From Deltaproteobacteria bacterium (GTDB lineage: Bacteria > Myxococcota_A > UBA9160 > UBA6930), in assembly GCA_028817435.1 (NCBI GenBank), contig JAPPPQ010000005.1:3408-67407 (forward strand): DNA of 64,000 nucleotides. The letters are read 5' to 3'. The translations under genes and the position numbers were made by a program. This document shows positions 39,915-49,560 of this stretch, piece by piece (position 1 is the stretch's first letter; each line of letters starts with the position of its first letter). The notes under the pieces are model-generated. The model was not told the origin of the DNA and ran no database searches. It was given only the letters and a program-made list of their open reading frames with translations.

Positions 39915-41170
39915 GGCGCGCCCGTGCGCGCAGCCGCTTCGGCGCGCGGCGCGGGGCGCTGCAACGCAGCGCGCAAAAAACGGCGGATGCCGCGCACGGC
40001 CTGGCGAATGCGCTGGCGATTCTCCACCAGCGCGAAGCGGACATAGCCTTCGCCGTGTTCGCCGAAGCCCACCCCCGGCGCCACGGCGACTCCGCCTTCG
40101 CGCAACAGGCGCTTCGAAAATTCCAGCGAGCCCAGACTGCGCAGCGCGGCGGGAATCTGCGCCCAGACGAACATGGTGGCCAGCGGCTTTTCGATCCGCC
40201 ACTGCCCCAAACCGGGGGCGGCCAGCCCGTCCACCAGTGCATCGCGGCGCAGCCGATATTCCCGGCAGTTCTGCGCCACGCAATCCTGCGGCCCGCGCAG
40301 CGCCACAATGGCGCCCACCTGAATAGGAGTGGGAATGCCGTAATCCAGATAGCTCTTGATGCGCGTCAGCGCGTGGATCATCTCGCGGTTGCCGGCGGCA
40401 AAGCCCACGCGCCAGCCGGCCATGGAGTGGCTCTTCGATAGCGAGCCGAACTCAATGGCCACATCGCGCGCGCCGGGAATCTCGAGAATGCTCGGCGGCC
40501 GGTAGCCGTCGAAGCAAACTTCGGCGTAGGCGAAATCGTGCACCACCATCAGGTGGTGTTCGCGCGCCAGCGCCACCAGGCGCTCGAAGAAGGCGCGGTC
40601 CACCACCCTGGTTGTGGGGTTGTGGGGGAAAGAGACGATCAGCATTTTGGGGCGCGGCCAGGTGCGCGACAGCGTCCGCTCCAGCTCGGCGATGAAATCG
40701 CCGCCGGGGGCGAGCTTCACCGGGCGCAGATCGCCGCCGGCGAAAATTACCGAGTATTGGTGAATGGGATAGGCGGGGTCCGGCGCCAGCACCACATCGC
40801 CCGGGCCAATGGTCATCAGCACAAAGTGCGAAAGGCCCTCTTTGGCGCCGATGGTGGCGATGGCGTCGCGCGTGGGATCGAGCTCGACGCCGTGGTTGCG
40901 CGCATACCATTCGCAGATGGCGGCGCGCAAATTCGGCACGCCGGGCGAGGCCGAGTAGCGGTGGTTGCGCGTCAACTGCGCGGACTCGCAGATCTTCTCC
41001 ACCACATGGGGGGGCGTGGGCAGGTCGGGGTTGCCCATGCCCAGGTCCACCACATCCTCCCCGGCCCGGCGCGCGGCGTGGCGCAGGCCCGTCACCTCGG
41101 CGAACACATAGGGAGGCAGGCGCCGCAGTTTGTCGAAATCGTGTCGGAATTCGGACACGCAGGCTCCCAC
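39908..41170 (-). CDS. PLP-dependent aminotransferase class I/II (alanine/aspartate aminotransferase-like)
   Basis: Track ORF 39908..41170, GTG start (alternative GTG at 41158). LPPYVFAEV, SFPHNPT, PLP-lysine motif FGSLSKSHSMAGWRVGF. Confidence 0.88.
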   Translation of the reverse strand: MGACVSEFRHDFDKLRRLPPYVFAEVTGLRHAARRAGEDVVDLGMGNPDLPTPPHVVEKICESAQLTRNHRYSASPGVPNLRAAICEWYARNHGVELDPTRDAIATIGAKEGLSHFVLMTIGPGDVVLAPDPAYPIHQYSVIFAGGDLRPVKLAPGGDFIAELERTLSRTWPRPKMLIVSFPHNPTTRVVDRAFFERLVALAREHHLMVVHDFAYAEVCFDGYRPPSILEIPGARDVAIEFGSLSKSHSMAGWRVGFAAGNREMIHALTRIKSYLDYGIPTPIQVGAIVALRGPQDCVAQNCREYRLRRDALVDGLAAPGLGQWRIEKPLATMFVWAQIPAALRSLGSLEFSKRLLREGGVAVAPGVGFGEHGEGYVRFALVENRQRIRQAVRGIRRFLRAALQRPAPRAEAAARTGAPC

Positions 41171-41236
41171 GCAAAAAGTGAAGTGCTGCGAGTTTATTGA
41201 AGAATCCGCGCGCTGGCCACGCCGCAGGCGGCGGGC

Positions 41237-42595
41237 TCAGGCGCGGCGGGTGAGCAGCCAATAGACGGGGACGCCGGCTGCAATGAAGGTCAGCGAAACC
41301 AGCGCCTCCTGGTTGCGGCTCCAGGCCAGGGTGGCTGCTATTGAGAGGATAACGATGGCGTAGAGCGCCGGCACGACGGGATAGCCCCAGGCGCGGTAGG
41401 GGCGCAGGCGCTGCGGCTGGCGGCGGCGCAGGGCGTAGAGGGCGGCCACATCTGCGGCACTGGCCAGCAAAACGCCGAAGGTGGTGAAATCGAGGTTGCT
41501 CTGAAAAGTCTGGAAGAAGGCCACCAGCGCCACGGCGATCAGCGCCTGCAGCAAAATGGCGGAGGACGGCGTGGCGTAATTCGGGTGCACCCGCGCAACG
41601 CCGGGGAACCAGAGCTTGTCCAGCGCCATGGCGTAGACAATCCGCGGCCCCGCCAAAATGGTTGCATTCAGCGTGCCCAGAATGGAAACCAGCACAAAGG
41701 CCGAGAACAAGCGCCCGCCGGCATCGCCGAAGAACACCTGCGCCGATGCCTCGGCGGCGTTCGGGGTTCCTGCCAGCTGCTGCGGCGGCAGGACAACCAG
41801 GTAGAGGCAATTGAGCAGCAGGTAAAGCGCGGTGCAGATTGCCAGCCCCAGAAAAAGCGAGCGCGGGACATTGCGCGCGGGATTGCGGACCTCGCTGGCG
41901 ACATACACCGTGGCGTTCCAGCCCAGATAGCTGAACAAAACGGGCGAGAGCGCCAGTGCAAAAGCGGAAAGCGGCGCAGCATCGAATGCACCGCGCGCCA
42001 GCGGCAGCAGGTTGCGCAGGTCGCCCTCGCCGGTAAAGGGCGCAACCACGCCAAAGGCCACAATCGCCAGCACCTTGATCCAGCCGGTGATGTTGTTGGC
42101 CAGCGCGCCCCAGCGCACGCCGATCCAGTTGAGAGTGGAGCAAACGGCAATGGTGAAGATGGCGACGCCCACCACTGGCGCTGCGCTGTTCCAGCCGAAA
42201 ATTTCGCCGAGGCTCGCGGCGAAACCCACCGCCAGGGTGGCGACGCTGCCCGCGTAGATGGCGAAGAATATCAGCCAGCCCATCAGAAAACCGGCCAGCG
42301 GATGGAACGCCTCGCGCAAAAATACATAGCCGCCGCCCGCGCGGGGAAACATGGCGCCGAGTTCGGCGTTGGCCAGCGCGCCCGCCAGCGAGAGCAGGCC
42401 GCCCACCCCCCATGCCAGCAGAATCAATCCGGCGTGAGGCAGGTGGCCCGCAATGACGCCGGGGGTGAGAAAGATGCCCGAGCCCACCACCGAGGCCACC
42501 ACCAGAAACACCGCGTCTTGCAGCGAGAGCTGCCGCCGCAGGCGATCCCGGGGATGGGGGCCTGCGCCGCTGGCCGCAGCGCCGGGGGCGCTCAC
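41237..42595 (-). CDS. APC-family amino acid permease
   Basis: Track ORF 41237..42595, GTG start overlapping the hppA stop (GTGA). About 12 hydrophobic segments. N-terminal signature [24 protein letters not shown], and [17 protein letters not shown]. Confidence 0.85.
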   Translation of the reverse strand: MSAPGAAASGAGPHPRDRLRRQLSLQDAVFLVVASVVGSGIFLTPGVIAGHLPHAGLILLAWGVGGLLSLAGALANAELGAMFPRAGGGYVFLREAFHPLAGFLMGWLIFFAIYAGSVATLAVGFAASLGEIFGWNSAAPVVGVAIFTIAVCSTLNWIGVRWGALANNITGWIKVLAIVAFGVVAPFTGEGDLRNLLPLARGAFDAAPLSAFALALSPVLFSYLGWNATVYVASEVRNPARNVPRSLFLGLAICTALYLLLNCLYLVVLPPQQLAGTPNAAEASAQVFFGDAGGRLFSAFVLVSILGTLNATILAGPRIVYAMALDKLWFPGVARVHPNYATPSSAILLQALIAVALVAFFQTFQSNLDFTTFGVLLASAADVAALYALRRRQPQRLRPYRAWGYPVVPALYAIVILSIAATLAWSRNQEALVSLTFIAAGVPVYWLLTRRA

Positions 42596-44631
42596 AGAAA
42601 GGGAATCATCAGCAGCGCGACGATGTTCACCAGCTTCAGCATGGGATTGATCGCCGGCCCGGCCGTATCCTTGTAGGGATCGCCCACCGTGTCGCCGGTG
42701 ACCGAAGCGCGGTGGGCCTCCGAACCCTTGCCGCCGTATGCCCCCGCCTCAATGAACTTCTTGGCGTTGTCCCAGGCTGCGCCGCCGGTGGTCATGGAAA
42801 GCGCCACGCACACCCCCGAGACAATGGAGCCGATCAGCAGGCCGCCGAGTCCCTCCGCGCCGAGCAGCAACCCCACGGCGATGGGAATGGCCACGGGGAT
42901 CAGCGCCGGGGCGATCATCAGCCGCAACGCCGCGCGGGTGACGATGTCCACGCAGGCGCGGTAATCGGGCTGCGCCGTCCCCTGCATAATGCCGGGAATT
43001 TCGCGGAACTGCCGGCGCACCTCGTTCACCACCTCGCCGCCCGCTTCGCCCACCGCGCGCATGGCCAGCGAGGCGAACAGATAGGGCGTGACCGCGCCGA
43101 TGAACAGGCCGGCAATCACGGCCGTCTGCGACAGGTTGAAGTTCGCCACGATGCCAACGACGCGCAGATCCTCGATAAACGCCGCAAACAGCGCCACCGC
43201 CGCCAGCCCCGCCGAGGCAATGGCGTAGCCCTTGGTCACAGCCTTGGTGGTGTTGCCGAAGGCGTCCAGCGGATCGGTGACGCCGCGCACCGCCTCGGGC
43301 AAATCTGCCATTTCGGCAATGCCGCCGGCGTTGTCGGTAATGGGGCCGTAGGCGTCTATGGAAACCACAATGCCCGCCAGCGACAACATGGCCATGGCCG
43401 CCACGCCCACGCCGTAAAGCCCCGCCAGCTCAAAGCAGCACCAGATGGAGCCGGTAATGACCACCACGGGAATTGCAGTGGACTGCATGCCCACCGCCAG
43501 CCCGGCAATGATGTTGGTGGCGTGGCCGCCCTCGCTGGCCCCGGCAATCTGCGCGACATGGCGCGAGCCATCGCCGGTGTAGAAATCTGTGACCCACAAC
43601 ATGACGGCGGTGACCAGCGCGCCGAGCACCGCGCACAAAAACAGCGCCCCGCCGCCGCCCAGCCACGCCACCTGCGACAACCCTTCGGGCAGCGCAGTCA
43701 GCCGGTTGGCCAGCAGCACGCCCAGCAGCATCACCAGCGAGGCCGCGCCGAGCCCCAGATACATGGCGCGCATAACGGCGGGCGCACGGCCCGGCCCGGG
43801 CTCGGCGATGCGCACCAGCGGAATGGCCACCAGCGAGCCAATGACGCCGCTCGCCCCCACCAGCAGCGGGTAGAGGAACATGGCCTCGCCCGCAGCGCCG
43901 AACAAAATGCCGCCCAGCAGCATGGCCGCCGCCGCCGTCACGCCGAAGGTCTCGAAAAGGTCGGCGGCCATGCCCGCGCAATCGCCCACATTGTCGCCCA
44001 CATTGTCGGCAATCACCGCCGGGTTGCGCGGATCGTCCTCGGGAATGTTCGCCTCTACCTTGCCCACCAAATCTGCGCCCACATCTGCGCCCTTGGTGAA
44101 GATGCCGCCGCCGAGCCGCGCGAACACCGAAATGAGCGAGCCGCCGAAGGCCAGGCCGATGAGCGCGTGATTGGCGGCAGCGCCCGCGCCGCCCGCCACC
44201 CACACCAGCAGCGCCACCGAAAGCAGCCCCAGCCCCACCACCAGCAGCCCCGTCACCGCGCCGCCCCGGAACGCCAGGCCAAATGCAGGCCCGTAGCCAT
44301 CTTGCGCCGCCCGAGCCACCCGCAGATTGGCGCGCACCGAAACATGCATGCCAATGAAGCCCGCCGCCGCGCTGGCCACCGCGCCCAGGGCAAAGCCCAG
44401 GGCATACCAACCGCCCAGCAGCACCCACACCAGCGCAAAGATGGGCAGCCCCACCAGCGCCACCGTGCGGTATTGCCGGGCCAAAAACGCCTGCGCCCCC
44501 GCCTGAATGGCGGCGGCAATCTCGTTGGCCCGTTCCGTCGAGGCCGGCGCCGTCAGCACCAGCCGGTAGAGCACCAGCGCAACGGCTACGGCCAGCACAC
44601 TGGCGGCAAGGGCAATGGGTATCGGCTGCAT
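42592..44631 (-). CDS. hppA: Membrane-bound ion-translocating pyrophosphatase
   Basis: Track ORF 42592..44697; ATG at 44631 ([13 protein letters not shown]). [75 protein letters not shown]. Confidence 0.93.
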   Translation of the reverse strand: MQPIPIALAASVLAVAVALVLYRLVLTAPASTERANEIAAAIQAGAQAFLARQYRTVALVGLPIFALVWVLLGGWYALGFALGAVASAAAGFIGMHVSVRANLRVARAAQDGYGPAFGLAFRGGAVTGLLVVGLGLLSVALLVWVAGGAGAAANHALIGLAFGGSLISVFARLGGGIFTKGADVGADLVGKVEANIPEDDPRNPAVIADNVGDNVGDCAGMAADLFETFGVTAAAAMLLGGILFGAAGEAMFLYPLLVGASGVIGSLVAIPLVRIAEPGPGRAPAVMRAMYLGLGAASLVMLLGVLLANRLTALPEGLSQVAWLGGGGALFLCAVLGALVTAVMLWVTDFYTGDGSRHVAQIAGASEGGHATNIIAGLAVGMQSTAIPVVVITGSIWCCFELAGLYGVGVAAMAMLSLAGIVVSIDAYGPITDNAGGIAEMADLPEAVRGVTDPLDAFGNTTKAVTKGYAIASAGLAAVALFAAFIEDLRVVGIVANFNLSQTAVIAGLFIGAVTPYLFASLAMRAVGEAGGEVVNEVRRQFREIPGIMQGTAQPDYRACVDIVTRAALRLMIAPALIPVAIPIAVGLLLGAEGLGGLLIGSIVSGVCVALSMTTGGAAWDNAKKFIEAGAYGGKGSEAHRASVTGDTVGDPYKDTAGPAINPMLKLVNIVALLMIPFL

Positions 44632-44734
44632 AAATGTCGACTCCTGCACTTCATCGGCCGCGGGCGCATCCCGCAGCGCCCCCCCACCATAGCCCACCCC
44701 GCCCCGCCCGTCCGCGCGGCTATTGGGAGATTGC

Positions 44735-45616
44735 TCAGTGCGGCGCTTTCGGGGGTTCGTCGGCGCGGATGCGCCAGAAGGTGGGGAAGCGGGGGATGCC
44801 GTTGCCGGTGAAGCCGTTGTGGCGGTAAGTGACGGTGCTGCCGATGGGGGGCGGGGCGCGGCGCTCGGCGTCGCTGAAGCCGCTGCCGATGCGAAAGCGC
44901 AATCCCGCCGGGGTCTCTACTTCTATTGCGCCGAGCATTCCCGCAAGGCGGCCGCGGCCGGGGTGGTGGGCAATGACGCGGGCCTCGGCATCGTCGAACT
45001 TCTTGAGCTTGAGCAGCGCGTCGCTGCGGCCGCTGCGATAGCGCGCGTCGCCGCGCTGCAGCATCAGCCCTTCGCCGCCGGCGGCTACTACTTCGTCCAG
45101 CCACGCCATCAGCGCGGCGCTTTCCGCAAACTGGCGGCGGCGCACCCAGTCCAGGTGCTTTGCACCGCTGGCTTCGACCACGCGGCGCAGTGCAGCCAAT
45201 CGCTCGTCAAAGGGTTGCGATGGATCGGGCAGGTCGAATGCCATGAAGCGCAGTTCGCGCCAGCCCGGGTGCGGCGCTTTCCGCGCCACAATGGAGGCGG
45301 TGCGCTCAAAGCCGCCGCGCCCCGCCCATAGCTCGCCGTCCAGCGGCTGCGCCGGAAAGCCCCGGGTGAACCAATCCGGCGCGGCAAAGCGCCGCCCGCC
45401 GCGCGATACCAGCTTTTCGCCATCCCACAGCGCGCGCACGCCATCGAGTTTTTCGCTCACGCGATATTGCGAAAGCTGCACGCCGGGGCGAAACGGCTTT
45501 GCGAGCTGAAACCCCGGCGCTTTGGCGGCCGCCGGCTCCGAAGATTCCGCCGCCGCAGGCAGAGCGGCCAGCAGCGCGGCGCAGAGCGCGACGCAAATGC
45601 AGCGCAGGCTGTGCAA
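44735..45616 (-). CDS. Minimal ATP-dependent DNA ligase with signal peptide (LigE-type, predicted periplasmic)
   Basis: 3' part of track ORF 44735..46339. A TTG at 45616, 2 nt after the upstream TGA, gives (M)[27 protein letters not shown]. Adenylation motif I is [11 protein letters not shown]. Also GELW, EGLMLQ, LLKLKKF, and the OB-fold tail [19 protein letters not shown]. Confidence 0.8.
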   Translation of the reverse strand: MHSLRCICVALCAALLAALPAAAESSEPAAAKAPGFQLAKPFRPGVQLSQYRVSEKLDGVRALWDGEKLVSRGGRRFAAPDWFTRGFPAQPLDGELWAGRGGFERTASIVARKAPHPGWRELRFMAFDLPDPSQPFDERLAALRRVVEASGAKHLDWVRRRQFAESAALMAWLDEVVAAGGEGLMLQRGDARYRSGRSDALLKLKKFDDAEARVIAHHPGRGRLAGMLGAIEVETPAGLRFRIGSGFSDAERRAPPPIGSTVTYRHNGFTGNGIPRFPTFWRIRADEPPKAPH

Positions 45617-45618
45617 AA

Positions 45619-46401
45619 TCAGCCGCTCTTTGCCAGGTGCAGCATGGCGTCGGTGGCGACTTCGATGCAGCGCGCCATGTTGCGGTCGAAGTCGAACTCC
45701 GAAGGGCCGGCCCAGGGCACCCGGTCGGACACCACGCAGATGCAACCGGCGCGCAGACCGAAGAGCCCGGCCAGGGTGAGCAGCACGCCGGATTCCATCT
45801 CGCAGTTTTGCACCCGCGCGGCGCGCATATCGGGAATGCGCTCGGCGGCGGCGCGGGTCCAGTAGCCCTCGAAGCTCATCGAGACCAGCGCGCCGTCTGC
45901 GCCCAGCATGGCGTTGCGCGCGTAGAAGCCGTCCAGGCTCCAGGTGATCCCCGCGCGGCAGCGCGCGCCTTTGCGCTGGGCGGCGGCGAGCAGCGCGCCC
46001 ACCAGGGCGTGGTGCGCCACCGCCGGATACTCCGGCGCCACATAGGAGCGGCTGGTGCCGTCGTCGCGCACGGCGCCGGTGCTCACCACCAGATCGCCCG
46101 GCTCCAAATCCGGCGCAAGGCCGCCGCTGTTGCCCACGCGCAGCAGCGTGTGCGCGCCGAGCTTCGCCAGCTCTTCCACCACAATGGCCGTGCCCGGCGC
46201 GCCCACCCCGGTGGAGGCCGCCGTCAGCCGCACGCCGTCCAGGCTGCCGGTGACGAAGCGGAACTCGCGCACCGAGGCGACCTCGCGCGCATCGCTCCAG
46301 CCGGCGGAAATGGCCTCGACGCGCCCGGGATCGCCGCACAAAAACACATAGGGCGCAACCTGCTCCGGCCTGAGCCCCGTAATCGGCTGGGCGTCGCTCA
46401 C
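45619..46401 (-). CDS. Nucleoside phosphorylase, PNP/UDP family 1 (uridine phosphorylase-like)
   Basis: Track ORF 45619..46401, GTG start after [59 protein letters not shown]. Confidence 0.85.
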   Translation of the reverse strand: MSDAQPITGLRPEQVAPYVFLCGDPGRVEAISAGWSDAREVASVREFRFVTGSLDGVRLTAASTGVGAPGTAIVVEELAKLGAHTLLRVGNSGGLAPDLEPGDLVVSTGAVRDDGTSRSYVAPEYPAVAHHALVGALLAAAQRKGARCRAGITWSLDGFYARNAMLGADGALVSMSFEGYWTRAAAERIPDMRAARVQNCEMESGVLLTLAGLFGLRAGCICVVSDRVPWAGPSEFDFDRNMARCIEVATDAMLHLAKSG

Positions 46402-46484
46402 AACTCCCCCTCCCGCCCCCGGCCCCGGCCCCGGGGAGCGGGCAGATTCGCCGAGCTGCCCCGCCCGCGCAAGGGGGCGCGCCG

Positions 46485-46605
46485 GGGCGCGGCAGGAGGC
46501 GGCGGGCAGGGGGCGGCGGGAGGGCGCGGCAGGAGGCGGCGGGCGGGGCGAATTGGGCCGGGCGGGGTGTGGCGGCGCGAGGCGGCGGGCAGGGGGCGGG
46601 CAGGG
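46485..46605 (+). repeat. G-rich direct repeats containing canonical G-quadruplex motifs, in the divergent intergenic region upstream of topB
   Basis: Read directly. gggcgcggcaggaggcggcgggc occurs at 46485-46507 and 46522-46544. gaggcggcgggcagggggcgg occurs at 46496-46516 and 46579-46599. G3+N1-7 x4 motifs lie at 46504-46524, 46541-46567 and 46587-46605, all on the + strand. Confidence 0.75.
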
Positions 46606-46735
46606 CGAAACTTGTCAGCAGGCGGGTGGATGGCTAATGGAAGGGCGCGGCGTTCCCGGCGGGGGCCGGGGGCGGCGGGCGCTCCCCCTGGGGGACGCCG
46701 GCGGACAGAAGCGGCGCAGCAATGCGGAGGAACAG

Positions 46736-49549
46736 ATGGCCAGGGCACTCGTCATTACCGAAAAGCCCAGCGTGGCCCGGGACATCGCGGCGGCCCTGGG
46801 CGGCTTCCGCGAAAAGGACGGCTGGTGGGAGAGCACGGACTACCTGGTCACCTTTGCGGTGGGGCACCTCTTCGAGCTGCTCGAGCCCGACGAGATTGAC
46901 GAGAAGTTCAAGCGCTGGACCCTCGACATCCTGCCCATCATCCCCGAGCGCTTCGAGCTGAAGAAGAAGAAGGGGCAGAGCGACCGCATCCGCACCATCT
47001 CGAAGCTGCTGAAGCGGGCGGATGTGGAGCGCGTGGTGAACGGCTGCGATGCCGGGCGCGAGGGCGAGCTGATCTTCCGCGAGGTAATGGGCTTTCTGGG
47101 CGTGAACAAGCCGGTGCAGCGGCTGTGGCTGCAGTCCATGACGGCGGAGGCCATTCGCCGGGGCTTCGAGACGCTGCGCCCCGGCACCGATCTGGAGGGC
47201 CTGGGCCGCGCCGCCGAATGCCGCGCCTATTCGGATTGGCTGATCGGCATGAACGCCACCCGCGCCCTGACCAAGCGCCTGAAGAGCCGCAAGGAGCGCG
47301 GCGCATGGTCGGCGGGCCGGGTGCAAACCCCCACCCTGGCGCTGCTGGTGGACCGCGAATTCGAGGTGCTGGCCCACACCCCCGAGACCTTCTACCGGGT
47401 GACGGCCTCCTTCCGCGCCGGCAAGCAGAGCTACGAGGCCGTGTGGTTCGACCCGGATTTCAAGGCGGGGGCCAACGACCAGCGCCGCGACGACCGCATC
47501 TTCGACATTGAACAGGCCCGGCAGATTGTGGAAGCGGTGCGCGGCCAGACCGGCCACGCCAGCGAGGAGCGCAAGCCCTCCAAGGAGGCCGCGCCGCCGC
47601 TCTTCGACCTGACCAGCCTGCAGCGGACGGCCAACAGCCGCTTCGGCTGGAGCGCGCGCCGCACACTGGCCAGCGCCCAGCGCTGCTACGAGGGCCACAA
47701 GCTGCTCACCTATCCGCGCACCGACTCGCGCTGCCTGCCGAACGATTACCGCGGCACGGTGAACGAGGTGCTGCGCAAGCTGGCCGCCTCCAAGGGCGCA
47801 ACCAGCAGCGATTACGCCCGCGCCGCCAGCCGGCTGCTCGGCTCGGGCCTCGAAAACACCGGGCGCATCTTCAACGACGCCGGCGTCTCCGATCACTTCG
47901 CCATCGTGCCCACCGGCAAGCTGGCGCGCGGGCTGAGCGGCGACGATCAGCGCCTCTTCGATCTGGTAATGCGGCGCTTCCTCGGCGCATTTCACCCGCC
48001 CGCGCTGTGGGAGAATGTGAAGCGCAACACGCTGGTGGCCGGCCACAACTTCCGCACGCGCAGCCGCTCGCTCATGGCGCCGGGCTGGCGCGCCGTGCTG
48101 CCCGACAGCGAGGCCGCGCCCGCGCCGCCGCTGGCGCGGCTCTCCCCCGCCAAGCAAAACGCGGCGGGCGCAGCCGAAGCGCGCGGCGAGGCCCCCGCCG
48201 AAACCGAGCGCGCCGAAATGGAAGAGCAGGAGACCAAGCCGCCGCCGCGCATCGGCGAGGCGCGGCTGCTCTCGCTCATGGAGAACGCCGGGCAATCCGT
48301 CGAGGACGAGGATCTGGCGGCGGTGCTGCACGAAAAGGGCCTCGGCACCCCGGCCACCCGCGCCGAGGTGATTGAGAATCTGATCCGCAAGGACTACGCC
48401 CTGCGCCAGGGCAAGAGCCTGCGCCCCACCGTGAAGGGCATCCGCCTGATTGACACGCTGCGGCGCATCCACATCAACCGGCTCACCTCCGCCGCCCTCA
48501 CCGGCGACATGGAAGAGCGCCTGCGCAAGGTCGAGCAGGACGCCGCGCGCGCCAGCGATTTCATGGGCGAGATGAAGGATTACACCCGCGAGATTGTCGA
48601 GCGCACGCGCAACTTCGAATACGAGGACCTCTACGCCGATGTGCCGGCGCTGGGCCCCTGCCCCGCCTGCAATCGCCCGGTGTTCGAGCGCGCCTGGTTC
48701 TACCGCTGCGAAGAGCAGCCCGGCGTTTCGCGCGAGGACGATTGCCCCATGCGCTTCTGGAAGGACACCTCGGGCCGCTACCTCGACCGCGGCGCTGTCG
48801 GCGCGCTGCTGCGGGACGGCCGCAGCGGAACCCTGGACAGCTTCGCCACCCGCAACGGCCGCACCTACAAGGGCCACCTGGAGATTGACCGCGAGGAATG
48901 GAAACTGCGCGTGGTTTCCGAGGGCGACAGCGGCGAGACCATCTCCGATACCGAGTATGAGGTGAACGAAGAGCCCCTCGGCCCCTGCCCCTTCGTCAAG
49001 AAGGATTGCCAGGTAATCGAAACGCCCACCCACTTCATCTGCACGACGCGGCTGCGCGCCGACCAGGCGCAGGCCGCCTTCAGCGCCGCGCGCCGCCAGG
49101 CCCGGGAGCGCGGCGAGCCCGCCCCCGAAAAGCCCGCCAAGCCGGACCACCCCGGCTTCCTGTTCCCGCGCACTGTGTGCAAGCGCGAAATCACCCGGGA
49201 CGAGGCGCTGACTTATCTGCAGAACAAGCGCAGCGACCTGCTCGAAGACTTCACCTCGCGCTACGGCCGCCCCTTTTCCGCCACGCTGGTGTTGCAAGAG
49301 AGCGGCCGCCATGGCTTCGAGTTTCCCCCCCGCAAGAAGACGCCCGCCGCCGGCAAGCGCGGCGCAGCGCCGCAAAAGCCGGGCAAGCCCGCCGCAAAGC
49401 CCCTGCGCAGCGGCGCGCGCCGCAAGAAGGCCGCCGCCGCCAAGACCGCCCCCCGCAAAAAGCCCGCCCGCAAGAAGACCACCCGCAAGAAGGCCGCCGC
49501 GCCCCGCCGCAAGCCCGCCCGCAGCTCCGCCCGAAAGCGCGGAAGCTGA
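46736..49549 (+). CDS. topB: DNA topoisomerase III with C-terminal zinc ribbons and a Lys/Ala/Pro-rich basic tail
   Basis: Track ORF 46553..49549; ATG at 46736 after GGAGG. Toprim VITEKPSVARDIA and CDAGREGELIF. SAGRVQTPTLALLVDRE. Catalytic tyrosine motif LLTYPRTDSRCLP. Cys4-type ribbons GPCPACNRPV...YRCEE and GPCPF...HFICT. The tail is KKTPAAGKRGAAPQKPGKPAAKP...RKKPARKKTTRKKAAAPRRKPARSSARKRGS. Confidence 0.92.
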   Translation: MARALVITEKPSVARDIAAALGGFREKDGWWESTDYLVTFAVGHLFELLEPDEIDEKFKRWTLDILPIIPERFELKKKKGQSDRIRTISKLLKRADVERVVNGCDAGREGELIFREVMGFLGVNKPVQRLWLQSMTAEAIRRGFETLRPGTDLEGLGRAAECRAYSDWLIGMNATRALTKRLKSRKERGAWSAGRVQTPTLALLVDREFEVLAHTPETFYRVTASFRAGKQSYEAVWFDPDFKAGANDQRRDDRIFDIEQARQIVEAVRGQTGHASEERKPSKEAAPPLFDLTSLQRTANSRFGWSARRTLASAQRCYEGHKLLTYPRTDSRCLPNDYRGTVNEVLRKLAASKGATSSDYARAASRLLGSGLENTGRIFNDAGVSDHFAIVPTGKLARGLSGDDQRLFDLVMRRFLGAFHPPALWENVKRNTLVAGHNFRTRSRSLMAPGWRAVLPDSEAAPAPPLARLSPAKQNAAGAAEARGEAPAETERAEMEEQETKPPPRIGEARLLSLMENAGQSVEDEDLAAVLHEKGLGTPATRAEVIENLIRKDYALRQGKSLRPTVKGIRLIDTLRRIHINRLTSAALTGDMEERLRKVEQDAARASDFMGEMKDYTREIVERTRNFEYEDLYADVPALGPCPACNRPVFERAWFYRCEEQPGVSREDDCPMRFWKDTSGRYLDRGAVGALLRDGRSGTLDSFATRNGRTYKGHLEIDREEWKLRVVSEGDSGETISDTEYEVNEEPLGPCPFVKKDCQVIETPTHFICTTRLRADQAQAAFSAARRQARERGEPAPEKPAKPDHPGFLFPRTVCKREITRDEALTYLQNKRSDLLEDFTSRYGRPFSATLVLQESGRHGFEFPPRKKTPAAGKRGAAPQKPGKPAAKPLRSGARRKKAAAAKTAPRKKPARKKTTRKKAAAPRRKPARSSARKRGS

Positions 49550-49560
49550 GCGCGCTCAGC
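49545..49560. repeat. Perfect 16-bp palindrome GCTGAGCGCGCTCAGC containing the stop codons of both convergent genes
   Basis: Read directly: gctgagcgcgctcagc at 49545-49560. The topB TGA is at 49547-49, and the methyltransferase stop (tca on the + strand) is at 49556-58. Confidence 0.8.

Noticed and set aside
46485-46605. Repeated G-rich units considered as a possible CRISPR array.
   Set aside because: The repeats are 21-23 bp, overlap one another and are irregularly spaced. There are only two copies of each, no spacer-like unique segments of uniform length, and no cas genes in the window.
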